Shown here: one piece after another, positions 48,316 to 56,115 of the stretch
Numbering within the stretch: the stretch's first letter is position 1
How the letters are laid out: the number at the start of each line of letters is the position of its first letter
Origin: an uncultured delta proteobacterium
GTDB lineage: Bacteria > Desulfobacterota > Binatia > UBA9968
DNA: 64,000 nt
Reading direction: 5' to 3'
NCBI GenBank assembly: GCA_963771465.1
Contig: CAVYTU010000017.1
Span: 480,001 to 544,000 of the forward strand
Notes under the pieces: generated by a model
The model's input: the letters and a program-made list of their open reading frames with translations, nothing else
Database searches by the model: none
What the model was told of the DNA's origin: nothing
Program-made: the position numbers and the translations under genes

Positions 48316-49059
48316 TCAATTCCCGACGAGAGTTCTTATTCCAGCCGTAATCTCAATTAATTTCAAAAGTGTCGGGCCGGCAATGCCGGGCGGCAGCACA
48401 CGTTTTTCGCGGGCTTCGGAGATGCGCGGCAGCACTTCGATCCACGACGGATCGCCGACTAAATGAACCAATGCCTCCAGAGCATTTTTAGGCGACGTAT
48501 ACGGCTGCGCGGACAATTCGAAGAAAGTTGCCGCCGCAGAGCGCAGCGGTCCGGCGGCATCGGCGACCGCCAGCGCGAGCTGCTCTTCGCGGAGCCCGCG
48601 CATGACATAGGCTTCCCGTAAGCGAAGTACGAGATTCAACAGAGCTTGATCGAGACGGACGATGATAACTTTGCGCGGGATCCTCACGCCGACAAACGGA
48701 TCGGAACCGAACAGAATCCGGCGCCGGCGTAGAATGTCGGAAAATTTCTCTGCAAAGGCGTTGATCGCTGCCGGCAATTCCACCTCGACGATGAACATCG
48801 GACTCAAGCGGATCGCGGCTTGGGCGACCCGCAGTGGTTCACGCATGGCGTCCGCGCCGTGCTGGTCGAACTGGGTAAGTAGCAAGATAACGTTGACGTC
48901 CGAAGTGGCGCGCAGTCGTCCCTCGGCGGCGCTGCCGAAAAGAATGATTGATTTCAAGTTGCTGGTGAAAGAGGTTTGCGCCGCGTCGATGAATTCTTTC
49001 AATACGCGGGAAACCTGGGGGGAGAGATCGGACAACGGATTGGATTCGGTCGTGGCCAT
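48316..49059 (-). CDS. Nucleotidyltransferase-domain protein
   Basis: SIILFGSAAEG...SDVNVIL (Pol-beta-type GS..DxN) followed by a helical C-terminal half. Confidence 0.8.
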   Translation of the reverse strand: MATTESNPLSDLSPQVSRVLKEFIDAAQTSFTSNLKSIILFGSAAEGRLRATSDVNVILLLTQFDQHGADAMREPLRVAQAAIRLSPMFIVEVELPAAINAFAEKFSDILRRRRILFGSDPFVGVRIPRKVIIVRLDQALLNLVLRLREAYVMRGLREEQLALAVADAAGPLRSAAATFFELSAQPYTSPKNALEALVHLVGDPSWIEVLPRISEAREKRVLPPGIAGPTLLKLIEITAGIRTLVGN

Positions 49060-49117
49060 GAGGAGCCTCGTTGGGTGTCACTTACGAAAAAAACTCATTA
49101 GAAACGAATTGAGAGTG

Positions 49118-49372
49118 TCATCCCCGCGTTGCGTTGACGCCGCCGGGTTTTTTGAATCGGCGCGAGTGACGGCTCCAGTCACAGCCGCAGGATTTGCAGT
49201 ACCACTCGCTCAGGCCTTCCCATTCTTCGCGGTCGGCGATCATCGCCAGGCCTTGCTCGATCGCCTTTTGTTGCGCTTTGCTTGGGATGCCGTGGATGAT
49301 TGGCACGACCGCAGCTGCGTTGCATTCCGGACAACGTCGATTCTCTCTCGCGCGTTTCAAGCGTTTTGCCAC
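49118..49372 (-). CDS. Small zinc-ribbon-like protein
   Basis: CPEC...VPIIHGIP...WYCKSCG; directly after the TAXI-like gene. Confidence 0.7.
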   Translation of the reverse strand: MAKRLKRARENRRCPECNAAAVVPIIHGIPSKAQQKAIEQGLAMIADREEWEGLSEWYCKSCGCDWSRHSRRFKKPGGVNATRG

Positions 49373-50395
49373 TTATTTCAAATAGCCGCGTTCGCGGTAG
49401 AAGCGGCGCGCGCCTGGATGCATCGGTATGTTGAACGGCGCCTCACCGTCGTTGGCGCAGAGCTGTTTCATAGCGATCGGTTTGAAGTTGTCGCTGGGAA
49501 TGAGCTTGCGCCGTTTTTCGATCGCTTCGCAGATGGCGTAGGCGACGTCATTAGGCAAATCGGCGTGCACGGCCATCGGCCAGCCGCTGAAGTCGACGGT
49601 TGGAACGTCACTGGTCATGCCCTTGAAGCGCGCCTTGGGAACCACGGAAGTCTTGTAGCCCATAGTAGCGAGCCGGCGCAGAACTTGTCCTTCGATAGGT
49701 AAATAAATAAAGCCACTATCGACGGCGGTCTGGCCCCAACTCTTGATACCTTCATCGAACACCGCATTGACGCTGCCGCGTTGAATCGCGTCGCGCCGGT
49801 CAGGATGGCTTGGGCGCGGCACGGAGACGACGCTGCCGCCCCATTTTGTCAAATCCGACAGCGTGAAGCCGGCGGCTTTCATTACCGCGGTGACGGTGAA
49901 CATCGTCGGGCTCGACAGGATAGATTCTGCGGATGCTCCGTGAGTGGACAGCCGAAGCGGAAATTTCTCCTTGGCGATCTGTGCCATTGACAGGATGCCG
50001 GTGGACTTGTGCACGGCGAAGCCCATGACATCGTACGAGGGAAAGGTCGCGATCACGCGCAGCGGCAGCGTTTTCTTGAATGGCCCAGTGCCGCGGTACG
50101 CGAGTGTGGCGGCGACCGACGGATTGACCCATGCGAGCGTGTACTTGCCGTCAGCGACGCCTTTCAATTCGGCGAAACTATCGGCTGCAAACGAGAGTGG
50201 GAAGCTGTTGGAACCATCGCGGTTCGCCGAGATCAATTTGCACGCCAATTTGTCGCCGATGCGCGACTCGGTTTGCAATACTTTTTCAGCCGCACGAGTG
50301 GTTTGGAAGGACAGGGATGTCTCGTACATCGCCGCGGCGATCTCGAGCAGACCTTTGGCTCGCTGGATCTTCGCGTTGTAGCGTTTCTTGATCAT
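49373..50395 (-). CDS. TAXI-family (TRAP) solute-binding-like protein, paralogue 1
   Basis: AWVNPS, YRGTGPF, LRVIATFPS, VDFSGWP and IPMHPGARRFYRERGYL. Confidence 0.82.
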   Translation of the reverse strand: MIKKRYNAKIQRAKGLLEIAAAMYETSLSFQTTRAAEKVLQTESRIGDKLACKLISANRDGSNSFPLSFAADSFAELKGVADGKYTLAWVNPSVAATLAYRGTGPFKKTLPLRVIATFPSYDVMGFAVHKSTGILSMAQIAKEKFPLRLSTHGASAESILSSPTMFTVTAVMKAAGFTLSDLTKWGGSVVSVPRPSHPDRRDAIQRGSVNAVFDEGIKSWGQTAVDSGFIYLPIEGQVLRRLATMGYKTSVVPKARFKGMTSDVPTVDFSGWPMAVHADLPNDVAYAICEAIEKRRKLIPSDNFKPIAMKQLCANDGEAPFNIPMHPGARRFYRERGYLK

Positions 50396-50448
50396 GAGTC
50401 CCGGATACTTTTGCAATGCCGTCAGGCGTCGAGCCAATTTCTTTTGAA

Positions 50449-50527
50449 TGTTATTTCAACGGAGTGAGAGATCTTTACTTGCCCGATACGGGATGGAAAT
50501 AGATCTCGCGCTCGGCTCGAAATGACA
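50449..50527. repeat. REP-like imperfect palindromic element
   Basis: tgttatttcaacggagtgagagatct ... agatctcgcgctcggctcgaaatgaca form complementary arms of about 26 bp. Confidence 0.65.
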
Positions 50528-50566
50528 GTTAACGGCTTTGTTTGAATTACCCTTGCGTTTATACCG

Positions 50567-51574
50567 TCAAAGCGTTTTTCTAATTTCACGGGCGACTTCG
50601 ACGAGAAGCTTCGCTTTTGCATTCGCCAACTCGCGGCTGATCGTCATCAGGCCGCAGTCAGGTGCGAGCCAGAGATTCTGCGGCTCGATGTACTTGAGTG
50701 CGCTGCGCACCCGCTCGACGACTTTTGCCAGCGGTGGCACCGGCGTGTCGCTGGGGTCGACGCAGCCGAACATGACAATGCGTCCTTTGGCGATACTGAG
50801 CACGGCGGGATCGTAACCGCTGCGGGCGAACTCGACACCGAAGCCGCCGATCTTGGTTTTCATCAACTCTTCAAGCAGTTCGGGATATTCGTATTCATGC
50901 TGATGGCCGGCGCCGCCGGGGTAGCCGTAGCACAGATGCACGACGGTCGGCACGGTGATTCCTTCGAGGCAGCGGTCCAATGCTTTGGCGCCGTAGGCGA
51001 AAACTTTCTCATGATAACGGGTCATCGCTGGCTCATCGAGTTCGATCACGTCGCAACCGGCGGCTTGGAGATCGCGCAGCTCTTCGTTAAGCGCTGCCGC
51101 GACATCCATCGCCATGACGGCTTCGTCTTTGTAAAACTCGTCGACTGTGCTGTCGACCACGGTCATCGGTCCAGGGACATCCATCTTGATCGGCCTGTTC
51201 GTATGCGCTTTAGCAAAGCGTAAATCCTCGACGATGGCCGGCGTGCGGCGCTTTATTTTGCCGACGACGCGTGGCACCGCCCGCGGCTGCTCGCGCCTGC
51301 GATAGATGGTTTTCACCGCTTCGTGTTCGAGGTCGACGCCGTCGAAGCCGGCGAGTATATGATTGATAAAGCCCGTACGCCGCTGTTCGCCGTCGGAGAG
51401 CAGATCAAGACCAATTCGTTCTTGGTTGTGTATGCTCAGCGCGGTGGCGTCATCCTGGGCCTCTTTCAGCGTGTCGCCTTCGAGACGAAATATCACGCGG
51501 GCGCGGTCGGGTTGCGCCAGCCAATTGGGCCGGGGAAAACTGCCGATGGTGGTGGCGGCGATGGGTGGAAGCAT
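50567..51574 (-). CDS. Cobalamin-independent methionine synthase II family (MetE C-terminal-domain-only) protein
   Basis: TTIGSFPRP, SDGEQRR, PGPMT, IELDEP, HLCYGY and LAPDCGL. Confidence 0.9.
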   Translation of the reverse strand: MLPPIAATTIGSFPRPNWLAQPDRARVIFRLEGDTLKEAQDDATALSIHNQERIGLDLLSDGEQRRTGFINHILAGFDGVDLEHEAVKTIYRRREQPRAVPRVVGKIKRRTPAIVEDLRFAKAHTNRPIKMDVPGPMTVVDSTVDEFYKDEAVMAMDVAAALNEELRDLQAAGCDVIELDEPAMTRYHEKVFAYGAKALDRCLEGITVPTVVHLCYGYPGGAGHQHEYEYPELLEELMKTKIGGFGVEFARSGYDPAVLSIAKGRIVMFGCVDPSDTPVPPLAKVVERVRSALKYIEPQNLWLAPDCGLMTISRELANAKAKLLVEVAREIRKTL

Positions 51575-51773
51575 GGATTTTTCTCCAATGAGGTTTTCTC
51601 GTTCGTCTATATACACTGTCGAGCCGAAAGGCAAAATGGTGCTAGGCAGCATCGCCGGAGCCTTGACTTGCGATTTATCGCCAGCTAGCTTTTCCCTGGC
51701 GCTCGATTCGATGCGACCACAGTGGCGTTTTAAGTGTGAAACGTTCTCTCTAATTTTGGAACAGGAGAGGCAT

Positions 51774-52805
51774 ATGCAGATGATGCTACTGTTTCTTTTT
51801 CTCGCGGTTTTATTGCGCCCTGACCAAGCTCAAGCTCAGTCATCGTACTACAAAGGTAAAACGATTAACGTCGTGGTGGGCACCACGGCAGGCAGCGCCT
51901 ATGATGTTTACTCCCGGCTCATCGCTCAGCACATCGGCAAACATATTCCGGGAAACCCGACTTTCGTCGTGCAAAACATGCCCACCGGCGGCTCTATCGT
52001 CGCCGCCAACTTTGTTTATGGGGTGGCGAAGCCCGATGGGTTGACCATCGGATCCATCAACCCGGCGCTCTATTTCAATCAACTCGCCGGGCGCAAAGAG
52101 GTTAAGTTCGACTGGGGCAAGTTTAGCTGGCTCGGCAGTCCCGACCGCTCGGACCATCTTCTTTATATGCGCGCCGATTCTCCCTATAAGACGATTCAGG
52201 ACGTGCGCGCGGCCTCGACGCCACCGAAGTGCGGCGCCACGGGCACCGGCACCACGAGTCACTACATGCCGAAACTTTTGGAAGAAACGATTGGGACCAA
52301 ATTCAATCTCGTCCTGGGCTATCCCGGAGGACCTGAGATTGATTTGGCAGCGGAGAGAGGCGAAGTGCACTGCCGAGCTTTTACCATCACTGGCTGGTTC
52401 GGCGGTGAACTCTACAATACCTGGCGTAAGGCCGGCTTTGCCCGCGTGATCATACAGACCGGAAGTAAACGGGATCCGAGATTGCCCGACGTGCCTACGC
52501 TTTATGAACTCATGGACCAGTATAAGACGCCGGAAACGGAGCGCCGCTTGGCCGCTGTCGTCCTAGCTTCCAATATGTTTGGTCGTCCATTCGTAGCCGC
52601 GCCGGACACGCCCGCGGATCTTGTCAAGGTTTTGCGCGAGGCATTCGCCAAAACCATCAGCGATAGAGAGTATGTGGCCGAAGCGGAGAAGCGGAAACTA
52701 GAGATCGAACTGACAAGAGGCGAGGAGCTGGAGAAACTGGCTAAAGAAATAATCATCCAGCCCCCGGTGGTGATCGAAAAGATGAAAGCACTATTGGGCC
52801 AATAA
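51774..52805 (+). CDS. TctC/Bug-family solute-binding protein
   Basis: Signal peptide ending in AQA, YYKGKT, HIPGNP.FVVQNMP, AKPDGLT, GYPGG and LPDVPT. Confidence 0.88.
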   Translation: MQMMLLFLFLAVLLRPDQAQAQSSYYKGKTINVVVGTTAGSAYDVYSRLIAQHIGKHIPGNPTFVVQNMPTGGSIVAANFVYGVAKPDGLTIGSINPALYFNQLAGRKEVKFDWGKFSWLGSPDRSDHLLYMRADSPYKTIQDVRAASTPPKCGATGTGTTSHYMPKLLEETIGTKFNLVLGYPGGPEIDLAAERGEVHCRAFTITGWFGGELYNTWRKAGFARVIIQTGSKRDPRLPDVPTLYELMDQYKTPETERRLAAVVLASNMFGRPFVAAPDTPADLVKVLREAFAKTISDREYVAEAEKRKLEIELTRGEELEKLAKEIIIQPPVVIEKMKALLGQ

Positions 52806-52852
52806 TCCCGGGGCAGGATGCGAACGCAACTTTCGTTAGTTTGATCGCTGAT

Positions 52853-53560
52853 TCACTGCTCCCAATGGCCCACGAGCCTGGTGAAATAGTCCGGCACTTT
52901 CGCCTCGAAAAATAATGGTGTGCCACTGAAGGGATGCGTAAAGGAAATCGATTTGGCGTGAAGCGCCAGACGCGCGTGAGCTTTGCGTTCTTTTCCATAT
53001 CTTGGGTCGCCGACCACGGGGTGGCCGATGCCAGCGAGATGCACGCGAATCTGATGCTTGCGGCCGGTTAACAGTTGGACTTCCAGCAGTGAAAAATCTT
53101 TAGTTTCTTTGAGCACGGTGTAAGCCGTGTGAGCGAGCTTGCCAATGCGTGCATCCTTGGTCGTGTAGACGCCGCGCGCTTGATTCTCCGCGAGCAACGT
53201 CGTGATAGTCTCGGCGCGTTTCTCACAGCGGCCGTGAACCACGGCGAGATATGTTTTCTGGGTGTCTTGCCACCGGCTTTGCAAGCGAAATTTCGCTTCT
53301 TCGTTTTTCGCGAAAATAAGTAGTCCCGAAGTCTCCCGATCGAGCCGGTGCACGATAAAAATGCGATTCCGAGATTTCGCAACGCCCTTGCGGACGTAAT
53401 CGGTGAGAATGAAATAAGCCGTGCGTGATTTCTCCCGATCCGTGCTGATGGTCAGGAGCCCCGGTGGTTTGTCGACGACGATTAAATCTCGGTCTTCGTG
53501 AATGATCGCGAGACCTCCCGGCAGAAGCCTCCCTTTTGGGGCGGTGTGTCTCCGCATCAT
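52853..53560 (-). CDS. RluA-family pseudouridine synthase
   Basis: VDKPPGL, VHRLDRETSG, TGRKHQIRVH, GHPVVGD and LALHA. Confidence 0.93.
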   Translation of the reverse strand: MMRRHTAPKGRLLPGGLAIIHEDRDLIVVDKPPGLLTISTDREKSRTAYFILTDYVRKGVAKSRNRIFIVHRLDRETSGLLIFAKNEEAKFRLQSRWQDTQKTYLAVVHGRCEKRAETITTLLAENQARGVYTTKDARIGKLAHTAYTVLKETKDFSLLEVQLLTGRKHQIRVHLAGIGHPVVGDPRYGKERKAHARLALHAKSISFTHPFSGTPLFFEAKVPDYFTRLVGHWEQ

Positions 53561-53700
53561 CGTTGCTTATCCTGTCGTTGGTTATGAAAAGGTTACTTTT
53601 GCACGAGCAGGCAATTGGTCAAAGTTGCGTTGCCAGTCAAGTTGTCTTCGATATTGCACTTCTAGTTCACCGCTCTAAGTCTGTATAAAACGCCGTCCCT

Positions 53701-54897
53701 TCATTCCCTTTTCCCCAACAACCGATAGAAAAGCGTCGTCGTTACGATCAATGAAACGACGGCGGTGAGGGCGATGCCCAATGACGCGCCGAAAAGTGTT
53801 GCGGCGGCGCCTAATATGATGGAACCGATGGAGCGCATGCCTTGATCGAGATTGAACACGCTCATCACTCGGCCCATGAGATTGCGCGGCGCTTCGATCT
53901 GAATGATCACTCGGCTGATGGTGCGAAAGCAGACCTGTCCAGCGCCGACCAGAGTTAGTAGCACGACCGAAAGCCAAAAGATCGGCGATACACAAAAGAG
54001 TATGAGAAAGATCGGCGTCGTTGTGGTCGTGACCCATAGCAGCATGGCGCGATTCCAACGTTCGCCCACGGAGGCGAGAAAGCTCAGCGAGGCAATGCCG
54101 CCCAATCCCGGTGCGGCCATCAACAGGCCCAATCCCTCAGGACCGACATTGAGAACCTCCTTGGCGAAAACCGGCAGGAAGCTTTGGTAGGTGACGATAA
54201 AGATGGCGAAGGTGTAGGCCGCGACGATACTGCTCAGTATAACCGGCGCGTGCCAAACGTACTGAAAGCCTTCTTTGAACTCGCGCAAGAAATTCTCTTC
54301 GCGCTTTATCGACGGTTCCTTATTCGTGCGCAGGAACAGCATGCCGACGCCCGCGACGATCAGGGTTACTGCGAATGTCGCGTAGCAGCCGCCGATGCCG
54401 ATCCAAAGAATCATTACGCCGCCGAGGGACGGTCCCGCGATGCGAGCGATGTTGAAGCCGACGGTGTAGAGCGAGACGGCGTTCATGAGATCTTCGCGCG
54501 GCACTAACTCGGCAAGGATTGATTGAGCAGCCGACGGATTGATCGCGCGGATCGAACCGGAGAGGATTTCGAGCACCAGCAGGTGCCAGAACGCGAGCGT
54601 GCCGAAAGCATAGATCGGCAGAAAAATTGCTATCGGGATGGCGGAGCCAAAATTGACCAGGATCAACAAAAGCTTGCGATCATAGCGGTCGACCAAGACG
54701 CCGCTGAGGGCGCCAAGAATCAAACGGGGCAACGCGCTGCACAGCCCCAGGATCCCCAACGCCATCGCCGAGCCGGTGATTTCATAGGTGATCCAGAACA
54801 GCGCCACTTCCTGGACGAAGTGGCCAATGGAACCGAGCATATCCGTGCACCAGAATAACGCGTAGTTGCGGTGACGTAGCGAGTGAAAAATCCGAAT
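53701..54897 (-). CDS. MFS transporter (start uncertain; frame open upstream of ATG 54840 to ATT 54897)
   Basis: About 12 hydrophobic segments, GVLVDRYDRK, ARIAGPSLGG and MGRVMS; upstream codons read IFHSLRHRNYALFW. Confidence 0.88.
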   Translation of the reverse strand: MRIFHSLRHRNYALFWCTDMLGSIGHFVQEVALFWITYEITGSAMALGILGLCSALPRLILGALSGVLVDRYDRKLLLILVNFGSAIPIAIFLPIYAFGTLAFWHLLVLEILSGSIRAINPSAAQSILAELVPREDLMNAVSLYTVGFNIARIAGPSLGGVMILWIGIGGCYATFAVTLIVAGVGMLFLRTNKEPSIKREENFLREFKEGFQYVWHAPVILSSIVAAYTFAIFIVTYQSFLPVFAKEVLNVGPEGLGLLMAAPGLGGIASLSFLASVGERWNRAMLLWVTTTTTPIFLILFCVSPIFWLSVVLLTLVGAGQVCFRTISRVIIQIEAPRNLMGRVMSVFNLDQGMRSIGSIILGAAATLFGASLGIALTAVVSLIVTTTLFYRLLGKRE

Positions 54898-55058
54898 GGT
54901 GTGGCGCTCCTTGTGGTTGTGTGATCAGCGAAACCGTTTCTGGTTATAGCCTTTCCGTCGGCCATAGGAAAGGAATCTGCGGTCGACGCTCATGTTGACA
55001 GCGAATAAGATTCAGAATAGTTCGATGTCATCAATTTCGCTGAAGGAGAAAATGTTCT

Positions 55059-56051
55059 GTGGCATACGATGATCGCAGTGTAAAACCGATGAGCGCGAGT
55101 TTGATGCGCGCGCGCATCGCGACGAAAATTTTTGCCGGGCTTTACGAAGAAGTGCCGACGCTGCTTACCAGCGCGATTCGGCTGATGGTCGAATTGCCCG
55201 GCGGTAAGAAGGGACGCAAGGGACCGCCTTATCCATTTACTATCGGCGTCAGCCCGGCGTGGTGCAGCGGTCTGAACGGCGCCAAGCTGGTGGCGAGCGG
55301 CAAGCTCGATCTGGTTTGGCTCAATCCTTCGATCATACCGTCGATGGCCGTGCGCGGCGTCGGGCCGTTTCAGAAAAAAAGTCCGCTGCGTGCGCTGGCC
55401 GTTTTTCCCTCCTGGGATCGTTTGGTGATCGCCGTGTCGCCGCGCTTGGGGGTGAATAGCATGGAAGAGTTGATCGCCAAGAAGCCGAAAATGAGAGTCT
55501 CCATCGCGGTCAACGACTGCGTCGACTTCGCCATTAAGTTCTTACTTAAATGCCACGGCATCTCACAAAAACATTTCATAAAATGGGGCGGCAAGGTCGA
55601 CGAAGTCGTGCGCCCGAGCAATCCGCAGCGGCGCGAAGGAATTATCTCTGGCAAGCTGGACATGGTGATCGACGAAGGCATGGATTCCTGGGGCGACGTT
55701 GCGGTAGCGCACGGCATGAAGTTTTTGTCTTACTCCGAGCCGGTGTTACAGAAATTAGAAAAGTACGGCTTTCAGCGCGCGCGCTTGGATCACGGCCGGA
55801 TCGACGGCATTAATGACCCGACGACAGTGGTCGACTTCAGCGGTTGGCCGCTGGTCGTGCACAAAAATTTTCCCGACGAGCTTGCCTACCACATCGTTGG
55901 TGTGCTGGAGAAAATCCGTGAGGAGATTCCCTACGACGCCGCGGAAACGCCGTCGATGAAACAACTGTGCACGAACACGGAAGCCGGCCCGCTGGATTTC
56001 CCGCTCCATCCGGGCGCAGAGCGATATTATCGGGAGAAGGGTTATCTGTAA
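55059..56051 (+). CDS. TAXI-family solute-binding-like protein, paralogue 2
   Basis: VWLNPS, VRGVGPF, LRALAVFPSWD, VDFSGWP and PLHPGAERYYREKGYL. Confidence 0.82.
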   Translation: MAYDDRSVKPMSASLMRARIATKIFAGLYEEVPTLLTSAIRLMVELPGGKKGRKGPPYPFTIGVSPAWCSGLNGAKLVASGKLDLVWLNPSIIPSMAVRGVGPFQKKSPLRALAVFPSWDRLVIAVSPRLGVNSMEELIAKKPKMRVSIAVNDCVDFAIKFLLKCHGISQKHFIKWGGKVDEVVRPSNPQRREGIISGKLDMVIDEGMDSWGDVAVAHGMKFLSYSEPVLQKLEKYGFQRARLDHGRIDGINDPTTVVDFSGWPLVVHKNFPDELAYHIVGVLEKIREEIPYDAAETPSMKQLCTNTEAGPLDFPLHPGAERYYREKGYL

Positions 56052-56052
56052 G

Positions 56053-56115
56053 AACCGTGCTCGTGGCTCGTGGTCGTGTCCGGAGTCTGAACCAACACGA
56101 GCCACGAGCACGGTT
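56053..56115. repeat. Perfect 20-bp inverted repeat built from CTCGTG-type units (probable bidirectional terminator)
   Basis: aaccgtgctcgtggctcgtg (56053-56072) and cacgagccacgagcacggtt (56096-56115), between convergent genes. Confidence 0.85.
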
